36,670 nucleotides of DNA from an uncultured virus (IMG/VR IMGVR_UViG_3300011361_000001) (IMGVR_UViG_3300011361_000001:186001-222670), one strand, 5' to 3'. Counted from the stretch's first letter, positions 1-9,690 are shown. Notes: generated from the letters alone by a model not told the origin. Numbers and translations are program-made.

Positions 1-108
1 CACTTCCACTCGAATGTCTGGCAACCCCAATACGGGGCAACGCGAGTGTGGTTCCGGACGTATCGGGATCTACCGCAGAACCAGAACCAGCATCGCATTT
101 TGATCTGA
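1..108 (+). CDS. 3' end of a CDS entering the window (hypothetical, possibly another tip-protein paralog)
   Basis: Frame 1 is open from base 1 (HFHSNVWQPQYG...HRILI) to TGA at 106-108, immediately before the RBS of the next gene. Confidence 0.55.
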   Translation, partial: HFHSNVWQPQYGATRVWFRTYRDLPQNQNQHRILI

Positions 109-118
109 GGGGGTTGTC

Positions 119-742
119 ATGTTAATCAAACAAGGAACATGGCGCAATGGGGCGTTGAAGTATAAACATCCCAGTAAGGGCTGGTCGGAACCTAACCTGT
201 CGTTTATTAAGCAGAACGGAATCTGGGTGCCGGTACAAGGCAAACAGATCGTCCAACGAGACCTGGGAGACCTCATAGCCAGTACGTCCGATTGGATACG
301 TGACAGCTCCAGAGGTTGGTACCGAGATATCTATCCGACCGTCAATGACAACTACCCACCGATCCCCACCAAGTTGAGTCAAGACACCTTATCTAAAATA
401 AGGAAACTCACAGCTACCTTCACAGGTTATTACAATAACCCTGCGGACGGTTTGCACATCAACTACTTCAGGATGCACTTGAGTAACGGTAGCACTCAGT
501 TGTTGGGAACCAATGACGCCTGGACAGACTCAACCATGGGTCAGAATATCCACAAGGGTGACCAAGGGATGGAAACCAAGGTGTTGCGTAATGTGATCAA
601 CGAACGGTACAGCTACACTCTTCCAGCAGGGGTGTCGTTAACCGGTTTGGATTTCATGTCGTGGCCGGCTTACACACAAGGTCGTTACTACCCCTCTTCA
701 TTACGGGGCATGAAGGACTTCGAGTTCCTGATGGAGTACTAA
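119..742 (+). CDS. Putative tail-fibre tip/adhesin protein with W-K-G N-terminal module
   Basis: N-terminus MLIKQGTW..K..GW..IKQNGIW; full-length paralog of 746..1363 (SSxW.RD..RGWYR, TGYYxNPA, YYPxSLRGxKDFEF). Confidence 0.6.
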   Translation: MLIKQGTWRNGALKYKHPSKGWSEPNLSFIKQNGIWVPVQGKQIVQRDLGDLIASTSDWIRDSSRGWYRDIYPTVNDNYPPIPTKLSQDTLSKIRKLTATFTGYYNNPADGLHINYFRMHLSNGSTQLLGTNDAWTDSTMGQNIHKGDQGMETKVLRNVINERYSYTLPAGVSLTGLDFMSWPAYTQGRYYPSSLRGMKDFEFLMEY

Positions 743-745
743 ATC

Positions 746-1363
746 ATGTTAATCAAAGTGGGGGGTTGGAAACAAGGTTTGTTGCGCTTTAAGCGTGCAG
801 GGAGTTGGTCGATACCGGATAAGGTGTTGACTAAGGACAACGGGGTGTGGCGAATGGTGGCAGGTTTTGAGGTGGTGACCCTCAACCAAATCTCTGACAT
901 TCTCCAGAATACCTCCAGTTGGGTGTACGATGCTACGCGCGGTTGGTACCGCAACACCTATGATTGGAATACGTCACATAACTCAAAATTCACCCCTGAG
1001 TTTTTGTCAAAGTTGCGTAAGGTGTCGGTTCTAGTCACAGGTTATTACGATAACCCGGCAGGATCGATGTCGAACAACATGCTGGTGATTCGGTTGAGTA
1101 ACAACACCAACGTGGTGTTAGGGACTTCGGACTCTTGGGATTATGGTCCCAGTGGTCAGGTGATTTATAAAGGCGACGCCGGTACTGAGAACATGGCAAC
1201 TCGCAACGTTGTCGGTGAACGCTTTACCTACACTGTCCCTGCAGGTTTGACGGTCACTGGCATCACGTTGCAGTCGGCTGGGTGGTATGAAAGCAGTATC
1301 GGCAAGTACTATCCGTTCTCATTACGGGGACTTAAAGACTTTGAGTTCACACTGGGGTACTGA
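746..1363 (+). CDS. Putative tail-fibre tip/adhesin protein, tandem paralog of 119..742
   Basis: Same three-Trp N-terminal module and beta-rich C-terminal domain; GGAG RBS. Confidence 0.6.
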   Translation: MLIKVGGWKQGLLRFKRAGSWSIPDKVLTKDNGVWRMVAGFEVVTLNQISDILQNTSSWVYDATRGWYRNTYDWNTSHNSKFTPEFLSKLRKVSVLVTGYYDNPAGSMSNNMLVIRLSNNTNVVLGTSDSWDYGPSGQVIYKGDAGTENMATRNVVGERFTYTVPAGLTVTGITLQSAGWYESSIGKYYPFSLRGLKDFEFTLGY

Positions 1364-1366
1364 GTT

Positions 1367-1870
1367 ATGTTAATTAGAGTAAACGACCTCTGGAAAAGCC
1401 CAACTCAACTTCAAGTGCGTATGGGTGATCGGTGGGTGGGGGCTAAGCGCCTTTACCATAAAGTCAGTGGGGTGTGGACTCTGGGTTATCTTCAAGAGCG
1501 TATTGTGGATTTCCAATTAGTACCGAGCACGTTTGTAAGTAGCTATCATTGGTGTGGCTACCTTAACGATGACGGTATCAAAGGATCAATGACCCCCAAC
1601 AACTACGATGGTTTGTTGATTCGTGAGTGTCTTACTGTCTTAGAAAATCCAGTTTCTTTACAGTTAGGCTTTTATGGACCCACCTTATTGACCAACTTAA
1701 CACACGTCAAGGTGGGGGAGTTGGAGAAAGTGGCGCTCAGTAGTTCATCTGTGAGATTCGATGGGTTGTGGAGTCAACATTACTTCAACGACGGAGTTAC
1801 GGACTTTTATCACTACTTGCTTGCCCGACAAGGACAACCTGTTCCTATCAAACTGTATTTCAACGAGTGA
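1367..1870 (+). CDS. Putative tail-fibre tip/adhesin protein with a different C-terminal domain
   Basis: MLIRVNDLWK..VRMGDRW..KVSGVW module followed by an unrelated beta-rich domain (GY...GSMTPNNYDG). Confidence 0.55.
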   Translation: MLIRVNDLWKSPTQLQVRMGDRWVGAKRLYHKVSGVWTLGYLQERIVDFQLVPSTFVSSYHWCGYLNDDGIKGSMTPNNYDGLLIRECLTVLENPVSLQLGFYGPTLLTNLTHVKVGELEKVALSSSSVRFDGLWSQHYFNDGVTDFYHYLLARQGQPVPIKLYFNE

Positions 1871-1901
1871 ACGTGTGGACTGACATTTAGACACCAAGCT
1901 T

Positions 1902-1930
1902 AACGGGAGGGCAACCTCCCGTTTATGCCG
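1902..1930 (+). terminator. Intrinsic terminator hairpin followed by TATGCCG
   Basis: AACGGGAGG-GCAA-CCTCCCGTT then TATGCCG. Confidence 0.8.
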
Positions 1931-2008
1931 CCTTATTAAAAAATATTAAAAACCTAAACTATATAAAGGAATCTTCACGCTGACCTTAAACTTTAAGGAA
2001 GTATTGTC

Positions 2009-2839
2009 ATGATCAAATCCGATCGTTGGATTTACACCAAGTCTGTTCGCCCCTCTCACTTCCTCACCACAGCACCCGGTAGCGCACGGGTTGAAGGGTT
2101 TGGTTGGGAAGGCGTTACCCACACCAAAGAACAACTGCGTTCGATGGTCAATCGTTATATCGCCTCCAAGATCGATGACCACGACTTCGCTAAGCTCGAC
2201 TTCAAGCCGATGATCGAGCCGTTTGTACCGAGTCAAATTCGTCGCCGTGAAGACCACCCTTTGTCTGAGTCTGACAAGTTCGATTACTACAACGGGCTGC
2301 TGGATGCTCGGGTGATTGAGAAAGAAGACGGTCCTTACCGTGAAGGGGAGCGTTTGATCTCTTTCGGTACTTCAAGCTACGGTTACGACGTCCGTCTGTC
2401 GAATGAGTTCAAGTTGTTCACCAACCTCAACTCGGCGATCATTGACCCTAAGCGCTTTGACACCAAGTGCTTGGCTGACGCCGTGGTTCACACCGATGAA
2501 ACCGGTGACGAGTACGTGATCCTACCACCGAACTCGTATCTGTTGGGCCGAACCATCGAGTACTTCCGTATCCCACGCAACGTTACAGTAGTGTGCTTGG
2601 GCAAGAGTACTTACGCTCGCGCGGGTGCGATTGTGAACGTTACACCCATCGAGGCAGAGTTTGAAGGCAACGTGGTGATTGAGATCTCCAACTCCACGAA
2701 CCTTCCGATGAAGATCTACGCCAACGAAGGCATCTCCCAGTTCTTGTTCTTTGAAAGTGATCAAGACTGCATGACGTCTTACGCTGACCGTGACGGTAAG
2801 TACATGTTCCAAACCGGGGTTGTCACCCCACGTGTCTAA
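2009..2839 (+). CDS. dcd: dCTP deaminase with two N-terminal insertions
   Basis: [60 protein letters not shown] and YMFQTGVV motifs of proteobacterial-type Dcd. Confidence 0.93.
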   Translation: MIKSDRWIYTKSVRPSHFLTTAPGSARVEGFGWEGVTHTKEQLRSMVNRYIASKIDDHDFAKLDFKPMIEPFVPSQIRRREDHPLSESDKFDYYNGLLDARVIEKEDGPYREGERLISFGTSSYGYDVRLSNEFKLFTNLNSAIIDPKRFDTKCLADAVVHTDETGDEYVILPPNSYLLGRTIEYFRIPRNVTVVCLGKSTYARAGAIVNVTPIEAEFEGNVVIEISNSTNLPMKIYANEGISQFLFFESDQDCMTSYADRDGKYMFQTGVVTPRV

Positions 2840-2845
2840 CTAATC

Positions 2846-2872
2846 GCCCAGGGACCTTCCCTGGGCTTTATG
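2846..2872 (+). terminator. Terminator-like hairpin after dcd
   Basis: GCCCAGGGA-CCT-TCCCTGGGC then TTTATG. Confidence 0.65.
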
Positions 2873-2882
2873 AGGCTATTTC

Positions 2883-3665
2883 ATGGAGATCACACTCGAG
2901 CACCTTATCTCCGGGCAACCGTTAGGATTAACTGATGAAGAGTGCGTCTTAAAGTTGCCAGACGGACGTTCAGTGACAGGCGTCTATATTGAAAACAAAT
3001 TAGACACTGTTGCAACTAAACTAAGGGTGGCCGTGTATGCTATCCATGTACGATTTACGGGACAACATTACTTCGGTAGCACTAACGATCTTTACCAAAG
3101 ACTGGTTAATCATCGTGGTTCATTAACCCGAGGAGTACACAAGAACCGATTCTTCCGTGCGATTGATTTGATCAACCCTGAATTCGAACTGACCTATAAA
3201 GCCTTAGTGGTCGATAGCCGAGAAATCGCCTACGAGATTGAGGAGTTGTTAATTAGTTCATGTTGGGGCAAACCCGAATTGATGAATGTCCATCGTGATG
3301 TTAAATCATCACTAGGGGTGGGTCATACCGAGGAAACTAAAGAGCGCATGCGGATAAATGCTCTTGGGAGACCTCCTATGACACAAGAGGTAAAGGATCG
3401 AATTTCGCAGTCGTTAAGTAACCGTCGGTTAAATACTACTCACGCCAGTAATGTAGGTGAAGCTAATAAGCGTCGTTGGGAAGATCCCGAGTTTAGAAAG
3501 GCGTGGGCTGAGAGGAAAGGAATCAGAGAAGTTATGGTTGCCGGTGTGACTTATGAGAGTATTAGTTGTGCTGCTAGAGCACACGGCATAGGAGTTTCAA
3601 CTGCCCACAGACGAGTCAAAGACCCCAAGTATAAAGATTGGGACTTTGTGGTTCCACGCGTTTAA
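2883..3665 (+). CDS. Free-standing GIY-YIG homing endonuclease with NUMOD3-like repeats and a C-terminal NUMOD1/IENR1-like HTH
   Basis: AVYAI...HYFGST..LYQRL..H..L..G.H.N; conserved Glu (EIEELLI) and Asn; HTEETKERM; V.GVTYESISCAARAHGI. Confidence 0.85.
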   Translation: MEITLEHLISGQPLGLTDEECVLKLPDGRSVTGVYIENKLDTVATKLRVAVYAIHVRFTGQHYFGSTNDLYQRLVNHRGSLTRGVHKNRFFRAIDLINPEFELTYKALVVDSREIAYEIEELLISSCWGKPELMNVHRDVKSSLGVGHTEETKERMRINALGRPPMTQEVKDRISQSLSNRRLNTTHASNVGEANKRRWEDPEFRKAWAERKGIREVMVAGVTYESISCAARAHGIGVSTAHRRVKDPKYKDWDFVVPRV

Positions 3666-3674
3666 GAGGTTGTT

Positions 3675-3929
3675 ATGTTAGGTGTAATGGTGATTAGTTC
3701 TGTGTTGTCCATCACCATCGTGGTGTTGTTGGCTTGGGACAAATACCGCGGTTATCACAAACTGATCATTGGACGAGGCTTCAGACATTACCTGTGGGAG
3801 AGGCGCCGTAAGGCGTTTCTCCAATACGTCTCGATCAAGGCGATCTTGGTATTGGTAATGATTGGTCTGTATCTCCTGATGGCAGGAATGCCTGTTATAA
3901 CTCCTTTACCGGTTTTGGTGGAATGGTGA
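3675..3929 (+). CDS. Small two-TM membrane protein
   Basis: Two hydrophobic segments; GAGG RBS. Confidence 0.65.
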   Translation: MLGVMVISSVLSITIVVLLAWDKYRGYHKLIIGRGFRHYLWERRRKAFLQYVSIKAILVLVMIGLYLLMAGMPVITPLPVLVEW

Positions 3930-4138
3930 ACGACTATCAGTTTCTCGTGTTGTTGGGGTTCGGGTTAGCGTTGGTGTGTCGGAGCTTGTGGGGTGCGGTA
4001 GAACGTTTGGTAATACCACCGCGTGGCTATCGTGGTTCTCTCCTGGTGCGCCTACACGAATGGTCTTGGGAAGTGCTAATAGGCGGATTGATCATCACAG
4101 CCTTCCTGTGGGTGGGTTACCTCGTACAGTATCGATGA
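3923..4138 (+). CDS. Small two-TM membrane protein
   Basis: Two hydrophobic segments; overlaps the previous gene. Confidence 0.6.
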   Translation: MVNDYQFLVLLGFGLALVCRSLWGAVERLVIPPRGYRGSLLVRLHEWSWEVLIGGLIITAFLWVGYLVQYR

Positions 4139-4170
4139 GGAATATCAGGTAAGTCAAACCAAAAGTTAGT

Positions 4171-4205
4171 GAGCAATCGGGACGCAAGTCCTGATTGTTT
4201 ATGAC
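4171..4205 (+). terminator. Terminator-like hairpin with TTATG tail
   Basis: GAGCAATCGGGAC-GCAA-GTCCTGATTGTTT then ATGAC. Confidence 0.6.
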
Positions 4206-4231
4206 CCCTCTAAACTAGGAGCGTATAAAAC

Positions 4232-4543
4232 ATGCGTATTCGAAAAGCACCAATATTGGTAATGGGTTTTGTGATTGTGTTCTCCGGCGCTGTAGGGGTC
4301 GCTATTCCCTTCATCGGCAAAGCAGTAAACAATGAAGAACCTCTGAACAAAGCCTTTCGCCTGTACGGGGGTTGTGTACATGAGAAGCTGGAGTTTTTAA
4401 ATAAGGAGGGCTTGTTGGAGGAAACTCACCAAGAAATCTCTGAGCGGTGTCGGACGTATGCAGGTCTGGGGTGGGAAGTAAGGGAAGTGCGTAACGAAGC
4501 AGGCAGGATAGTGTTTCGTGAGAAAGACGCATATACCTACTGA
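4232..4543 (+). CDS. Hypothetical protein with an N-terminal signal/TM anchor
   Basis: AGGAG RBS; basic then hydrophobic N-terminus. Confidence 0.65.
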   Translation: MRIRKAPILVMGFVIVFSGAVGVAIPFIGKAVNNEEPLNKAFRLYGGCVHEKLEFLNKEGLLEETHQEISERCRTYAGLGWEVREVRNEAGRIVFREKDAYTY

Positions 4544-4560
4544 ACTTGGGAGTATGAGTC

Positions 4561-4809
4561 ATGCGCACTCAACTAATGTTTGGTGTATACGTTGTCTTGT
4601 TAGGATGCACCACGCCTCAAGAAGAGACTGTTACGGTCTACCAAGCACTTTCCTTAGGTGGGTGTGAAGACGAACAGTCGCAGGTGTTAACCAAGCAAGT
4701 GCCGGTCACCTACACCGAACAAGAACGTACTACCGAATGCAGCGTCTTCGTTGACTTGCGCTATATAAACAAAGAGGAGCCTGTGGCTTCTGAACCTACC
4801 AAGGAGTGA
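4561..4809 (+). CDS. Putative lipoprotein
   Basis: Lipobox-like LLGC after a hydrophobic leader. Confidence 0.55.
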   Translation: MRTQLMFGVYVVLLGCTTPQEETVTVYQALSLGGCEDEQSQVLTKQVPVTYTEQERTTECSVFVDLRYINKEEPVASEPTKE

Positions 4810-4813
4810 AACG

Positions 4814-5269
4814 ATGTCAGTGGTCTTTATAGTGTTTGCTCGTGAAGAAGCTTTGTCGAACGATAAGTCTCTTGACTATGTCGGTTGCATCGAAAAATTC
4901 AGTGGGAAACAATTTGACACCAATGTTCGTTTCCGTGAAATCGAACTTGAAGAAGGGTCGGGTTATCTTTTCGTGTTGTACGACGCAACGCACGATTCTG
5001 ATCGGCTACACACGATCTTCTACGACGCACCTAAAGACTTCGATACCCCAGAAGCCACCGAATACGCCCAGTGGCTTCAGAGTTGTCTAACGGAAGTCTT
5101 TAGTCAATTCCAGATCTATGACGCCAAAGACATCAAGTCCTATGGCGTGTCTCGCACCAACACCAGCGATAAGACGGCCATTGTTTACGACACCCCTTTC
5201 GACAAAACCGGGTTCATGGACGGGGTGGCAAAAGACCTGCGTAAGCGAATCGGCCTTGTGAAGGAGTAG
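4814..5269 (+). CDS. Hypothetical protein
   Basis: AAGGAG RBS; operon context. Confidence 0.75.
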   Translation: MSVVFIVFAREEALSNDKSLDYVGCIEKFSGKQFDTNVRFREIELEEGSGYLFVLYDATHDSDRLHTIFYDAPKDFDTPEATEYAQWLQSCLTEVFSQFQIYDAKDIKSYGVSRTNTSDKTAIVYDTPFDKTGFMDGVAKDLRKRIGLVKE

Positions 5270-5273
5270 TTAG

Positions 5274-5888
5274 GTGCAGACACCCGAATTCAAAGGATGG
5301 TTTGCAGGTGTGGGGAGTAGAGAAACCCCAGAAGACGTCTGTAAGCTCATGCAGAAGCTTGCTGTGGTCTTTTATGCCCTAGGGTACGGATTATCTTCAG
5401 GGGATGCCAGAGGGGCTGATAGAGCCTTTTGGGAGGGTGCTCTGCTGAGTCCCTTTTACCGCAAGATAGGTGCACGCATCTACCTCTGTGATGAATGGGT
5501 GCGGGGTCGTAGTGCTGACCCTAAGAACTTCTTCTTCAATGCCCAACGGTTTCCAACCTTTGAACGTGCTAAGAACATGGCGCTGGAAGCACGCGGTAGT
5601 TTTCATGGCTTAGACGACTGGGGGATTAATCTCCATAGTCGTAACGTCATGCAGATCCACGGGGCTAACTTACAGGATAAAGTTGAGTACCTGATCTACT
5701 GGGCGATTCCTGTGGGTAAAGCCGAACGCTGTAAAGGTGGTACGAATACGGCTTTGCAGATCGCTAAGAAAGCTGAAGTCAAACACCGCATCAACCTATA
5801 CACCACTGAAGGTCAGATCTGGGCCAGTCAGTTCTTGAACACCCCGATCGCACAAGAAGCCTTGCGTGAAGCAGACCTTGTAGCATAA
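5274..5888 (+). CDS. DprA/Smf-like (SLOG superfamily) Rossmann-fold protein
   Basis: AGVGSRETP, SGDARGADRAF, SRN..QIHG and GGTNTALQIA motifs typical of phage DprA-like proteins. Confidence 0.75.
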   Translation: MQTPEFKGWFAGVGSRETPEDVCKLMQKLAVVFYALGYGLSSGDARGADRAFWEGALLSPFYRKIGARIYLCDEWVRGRSADPKNFFFNAQRFPTFERAKNMALEARGSFHGLDDWGINLHSRNVMQIHGANLQDKVEYLIYWAIPVGKAERCKGGTNTALQIAKKAEVKHRINLYTTEGQIWASQFLNTPIAQEALREADLVA

Positions 5889-5902
5889 CCTTAAACGCAT
5901 CA

Positions 5903-6940
5903 ATGGGCAAGACTATGGAAAACGATTACACTCGCGTGTGCGCTGACATCGCAGCAACCATGAACCAAGCTTCGGGAATGGCAGCGGCGGTTCCTGGGGT
6001 ACAGCACGCCTTCATGATGATGGCTTGTAATGTTGGTGTGTTGGCTCAGGAAGAACGCAAGCGTCTGTTCTGGGAAATGGTGGAGGGCAAAGGACCTAAG
6101 AGCCAGACCCACCGCATGATCTACAAAAACCCTGAAGAAAGTTATGGAACGCCCTTATTCAAAAAGAATGATCGTCCTGACACGGCAATGCCTGAGGTTG
6201 TTCAGTTGGTGGGGTGGTATATCTACTTGTTGATTAACAAACTGTACATTGCAGGAGAGTTACCGGACCATGTCCGTGCGTATCAGTTGTACTCGTACGG
6301 GGCGGGGAGCACACGGTTTTACAGTTTGGTTAAAGTTTCCAATGGTAGTGGTCACGCACTTACTGAGTTTGAAGTCCTCTGTCCTGACGTAAAAATCGAA
6401 CGAGTCTATTACACCAATGAACTGGAACAGGTCGAGCGTACCGATCTGAACGTGTTATTGAACGTTAACCCAGTGGCGTTCGTTGATTACGAAAGGTTTC
6501 GCCAAGAGTATCTGTCTTTTGTTAAAGGAATGAAAGGCGGTGCTTTCGAAGCCTTTAAGGACGACCTGCCTTCGACTCCAGACTGGGCGAAGTTGACTCT
6601 GGTGGGTCAGTATTTGGCAAGTGATGAACTGGTGGTGAGTATTGAAAACTTCACCGTACATCCTTCTAGCAAAGAACCTCTGGCGTTCACGCTGGCGTTC
6701 TACCGTGACGATGAAGATCGCTTGTGCTACACCACCAACGACGTTGCCTATGCTTTCCTAACGGTAAAGCAAGGCTATTGGCAAAACCTCCCTTTCTTGA
6801 TCCGTCGTCTGATTGGTAAACTGGACATCAAACACACCGGCACCTGGAGCACCGATTACGAGATTCGTGATAACGATATCTTTCCTGTGAGCGGTAATGT
6901 AACCCTCCACCACAACCCGCTATACCTTAGCGACCTTTAA
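5903..6940 (+). CDS. Hypothetical protein
   Basis: 345-aa ORF in operon orientation; no motif recognised. Confidence 0.75.
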   Translation: MGKTMENDYTRVCADIAATMNQASGMAAAVPGVQHAFMMMACNVGVLAQEERKRLFWEMVEGKGPKSQTHRMIYKNPEESYGTPLFKKNDRPDTAMPEVVQLVGWYIYLLINKLYIAGELPDHVRAYQLYSYGAGSTRFYSLVKVSNGSGHALTEFEVLCPDVKIERVYYTNELEQVERTDLNVLLNVNPVAFVDYERFRQEYLSFVKGMKGGAFEAFKDDLPSTPDWAKLTLVGQYLASDELVVSIENFTVHPSSKEPLAFTLAFYRDDEDRLCYTTNDVAYAFLTVKQGYWQNLPFLIRRLIGKLDIKHTGTWSTDYEIRDNDIFPVSGNVTLHHNPLYLSDL

Positions 6941-6987
6941 CCTTAAGGAGCCTTAAAATGGCCGACGAGACTGTTAGGAGGTGAGAG

Positions 6988-7236
6988 ATGCACACGCGCT
7001 TTAAACCCGGTCACAAGACTTGGAATAAAGGTGGTAAGTTGTCCAAAGAACACCGCGAGAAGGTTCGTAAGGCTGCGCTGGTGCGCGAAGCATCGATCCG
7101 TCAACCGGTGGTAGTCAATGGGGTGAAGTATCCCAACTACAGTCGCGCTGCTAAAGCTACAGGTTTGAGCCCACGTTCAATCAAACGCTACGTGTTGTCG
7201 GATAAACCTGAGCACGAAACGTACCGTCTGGGGTAA
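6988..7236 (+). CDS. Nuclease-less homing-endonuclease DNA-binding remnant (NUMOD3-like + NUMOD1/IENR1-like)
   Basis: FKPGHKTWNKG.KLSKEHREK and PVVVNGVKYPNYSRAAKATGL; AGGAGG RBS; no catalytic domain. Confidence 0.65.
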   Translation: MHTRFKPGHKTWNKGGKLSKEHREKVRKAALVREASIRQPVVVNGVKYPNYSRAAKATGLSPRSIKRYVLSDKPEHETYRLG

Positions 7237-7240
7237 CAAG

Positions 7241-7282
7241 AAAGAAAGGGGGCTTCGGCTCCCTTTCTTTTTTTTTTGCCGT
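7241..7282 (+). terminator. Intrinsic terminator
   Basis: AAAGAAAGGGGGC-TTCG-GCTCCCTTTCTTT plus a poly-T tract ending in GCCG. Confidence 0.85.
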
Positions 7283-7340
7283 CTAGGGCTGGAAATCCTA
7301 TGAAAGCTAAGCTTTAAACCTAACGTACGGTGGATTGGAT

Positions 7341-8051
7341 ATGAAAGTTAAAGCAGGGGGGGCTTGGCGGTGGTCACACCTTCGAGTGAAATGGGGTGGG
7401 TTGTGGAAAACACCTCAGCGGATACTGACGAAGGTCAACGGGGTCTGGCAAGGCATCCAACACCTCCTCTCGGTAATGAATGGACTTACCCGTTGGTGGT
7501 TGTCGGAAAGCAAAACCGTTGATCCGATCACCGGAACTTCACTGACCGTTTCATCGGGGGCGAGCTTTGCGGCTGTGTTGGGTCGGATGTCTCTGCGCGT
7601 TTATGGGGGTCGGTATGCATTGGTTCCTAGCGTAAGCCTAAGTGGGAACTGGACCATTAACCTGTGGTATTACCCATTGGGGTATGCGACCTATAGTCAT
7701 TTGCTAACACATCTAAGTGGTCAGGTCAACTTCGCACTCAAGTTGACCGTTACGGATGGTCGACCTTATCTCCATTACAAAGGTGTTAGTTACGGACTGT
7801 CAAGTGCTGGACTGTCTCTGAACCAATGGTCAATGGTTACGGTTACTCATGAAGCAGGGGTCTTGAAGATCTATTTGAATAAGGTTTTGCAAACCACCGC
7901 TAATGTCACTGTGTCTCAAGCGGCTGTGAACATGTACGTGGGGCGTGGTCATGAGGAGGAATATTCCAACGGTTATCAACGTGATCTGTTGTTTTATAAT
8001 CGAGCGTTAAGTCAAGCTGAGATCAACACCGTTTATCAAGAACAGGCGTAA
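7341..8051 (+). CDS. Putative tail-fibre tip/adhesin protein with a LamG/concanavalin-A-like lectin domain
   Basis: W-K-G N-terminal module; WTINLWY, LNQWSMVTVT, LKIYLN and FYNRALSQAEI are LamG-like; start moved to ATG 7341. Confidence 0.75.
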   Translation: MKVKAGGAWRWSHLRVKWGGLWKTPQRILTKVNGVWQGIQHLLSVMNGLTRWWLSESKTVDPITGTSLTVSSGASFAAVLGRMSLRVYGGRYALVPSVSLSGNWTINLWYYPLGYATYSHLLTHLSGQVNFALKLTVTDGRPYLHYKGVSYGLSSAGLSLNQWSMVTVTHEAGVLKIYLNKVLQTTANVTVSQAAVNMYVGRGHEEEYSNGYQRDLLFYNRALSQAEINTVYQEQA

Positions 8052-8054
8052 AGG

Positions 8055-8097
8055 CGGCATACAGGGAGGCTCATGCCTCCCTGTAGGCTTTTATGCC
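8055..8097. terminator. Bidirectional terminator between convergent genes, flanked by CGGCATA and TTATGCC
   Basis: TACAGGGAGGC-TCAT-GCCTCCCTGTA with the motif on both strands. Confidence 0.8.
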
Positions 8098-8420
8098 AGC
8101 AGTGTCCAACCATGTGTAGGGCGGCGAGCATAGCACTTTTCGACCATTGCATCTAACCGAGCGTGGGGGATGTTGTGGGCGGTTACACCACCGACGCTAC
8201 CGTCCGTGAATTCATGAAACAGGAAGATAGAGAAACTCTCCCCTTCACGACGCACCTTCCACGAGAACCACCCAAGGTGAGCATAGATCTGCGTGTACTG
8301 TTTCTTGATCAAGAACCGGCTGCGCTTAACTCCACGAAACTCCTCCTCTCGACCAAAAGGTAGGCGCACATACTCTTGGTAGTGTTCCCAACGATCCGCC
8401 CGACTGAAGAGTTTCTTCAT
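8091..8420 (-). CDS. Hypothetical protein
   Basis: ATGA-type overlap with the upstream minus-strand gene; GGAG RBS. Confidence 0.6.
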   Translation of the reverse strand: MKKLFSRADRWEHYQEYVRLPFGREEEFRGVKRSRFLIKKQYTQIYAHLGWFSWKVRREGESFSIFLFHEFTDGSVGGVTAHNIPHARLDAMVEKCYARRPTHGWTLLA

Positions 8421-9640
8421 GAGTAGTACTCCATCGTGAACGTACGCAGTACGATGTACAGTTGCAAACCTGTACGCAGACTCGCTTGAACCGAACTGGA
8501 CTTGGTGGTAGCCGACTTAGAGACGATCTCTTCAGCCAAGCCTTTCATCTTGAGCAGGACCGGGTCATTCATCTTCGAGGCCATGTACAGGTTACGCAGA
8601 CGGCTGACCAGGGAGGACAGGTTCGACTGGTTCCGGATCAAGGCGCGGTTCTGCGACAGGTACTCAAACGCATGCAACAAAGTCTCATCACACAGCTCAC
8701 CAATGCCTTCATGGCGTGCTTTGCCGTAGTTCGCTGAACAATGCTCCAAGACCTCGACCAAAAGCTTCGGAGGCATGGTGTGCATGGCATCGTTGATCAC
8801 CGAGAGCACTTCACTGCGGATGAAGGTGTCGCGGTCAGTGATGATCGTGTGGATGTACCGCTTGTAGTTACTGATACTGCGCTGGCGGTCTTTGAGGATG
8901 TTCTCTCCGTCGATGGCCACGGTGCTTGAGGTTGAAGAGATGCGCTGCTTGTCGTCTTTCAACTCAATCATCACCGCATACATCTTCTTGACCACTTCAC
9001 GGATACGACCCTGTACGTCTGTAATTAGGTACAAAATTGCATCATCATCTGTGAAGTCTTTGATGGTCTTATGGTGAATGCCGTTGCGAGCTATGATGTC
9101 TTGTGACCGTGCGGTGAACAAGGCGTGCCAGCTACCGTGTTGCTTTAAGGCATATTTCTTGCTCAAGGACTCGTAGACCGCTTGGGCCAGTTCCTTGTCG
9201 GCTGGGTACTTGAAGTAGTGGGCAAAAATACTGGTGATAAACTTCACCTGTAGCATGTATGCCACATCCACCATCGCTTGCTCTTTCTCCCGTACCGTCA
9301 GCTTACTGGAGTTGTACAACGCGTGGAGTAGCCAGGCACTGGTGAGGTTCACCACATCAGAGGTGCGCTTGTATTCTTCGTTGATCACTTCCAAGGAGTA
9401 CAACGATTCGGTCAGGGCATCGTCATCGATGTCCAAGACTTCGCCAAACCAAGTGTCGCGGTCGGCTTGTAGGTAACGCACCACTTCAACCCCTAGGAGG
9501 TTACCGCCAAAGAACTTGATGTGCTCCTCGTTGCGGTTCATGAAGCTGTGTTTGAAGGTGGCCAAACGCTTGACCAGCTTACTGTCAATCTCAAGATAGG
9601 ACAATTCTTTCTTAAAGGTGTCCTTGATAGTGGAGGCCAT
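8417..9640 (-). CDS. Conserved phiKZ-like protein, probably virion structural
   Basis: 407-aa ORF with biased codons; sequence style (FFGGNLLGV, LSKKYALKQHGSW) recalls phiKZ-like core proteins, from memory only. Confidence 0.6.
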   Translation of the reverse strand: MASTIKDTFKKELSYLEIDSKLVKRLATFKHSFMNRNEEHIKFFGGNLLGVEVVRYLQADRDTWFGEVLDIDDDALTESLYSLEVINEEYKRTSDVVNLTSAWLLHALYNSSKLTVREKEQAMVDVAYMLQVKFITSIFAHYFKYPADKELAQAVYESLSKKYALKQHGSWHALFTARSQDIIARNGIHHKTIKDFTDDDAILYLITDVQGRIREVVKKMYAVMIELKDDKQRISSTSSTVAIDGENILKDRQRSISNYKRYIHTIITDRDTFIRSEVLSVINDAMHTMPPKLLVEVLEHCSANYGKARHEGIGELCDETLLHAFEYLSQNRALIRNQSNLSSLVSRLRNLYMASKMNDPVLLKMKGLAEEIVSKSATTKSSSVQASLRTGLQLYIVLRTFTMEYYS

Positions 9641-9690
9641 AATAAAAACGTCCTAAACAAGGGGGTAGTCACAAGATACCAGATAAAACA

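Noticed and set aside
119..1870. Diversity-generating retroelement or invertible shufflon acting on the tip genes
   Set aside because: There is no reverse transcriptase, recombinase, adenine-specific template/variable repeat pair or inverted crossover site in this window; the paralogs differ throughout their length.
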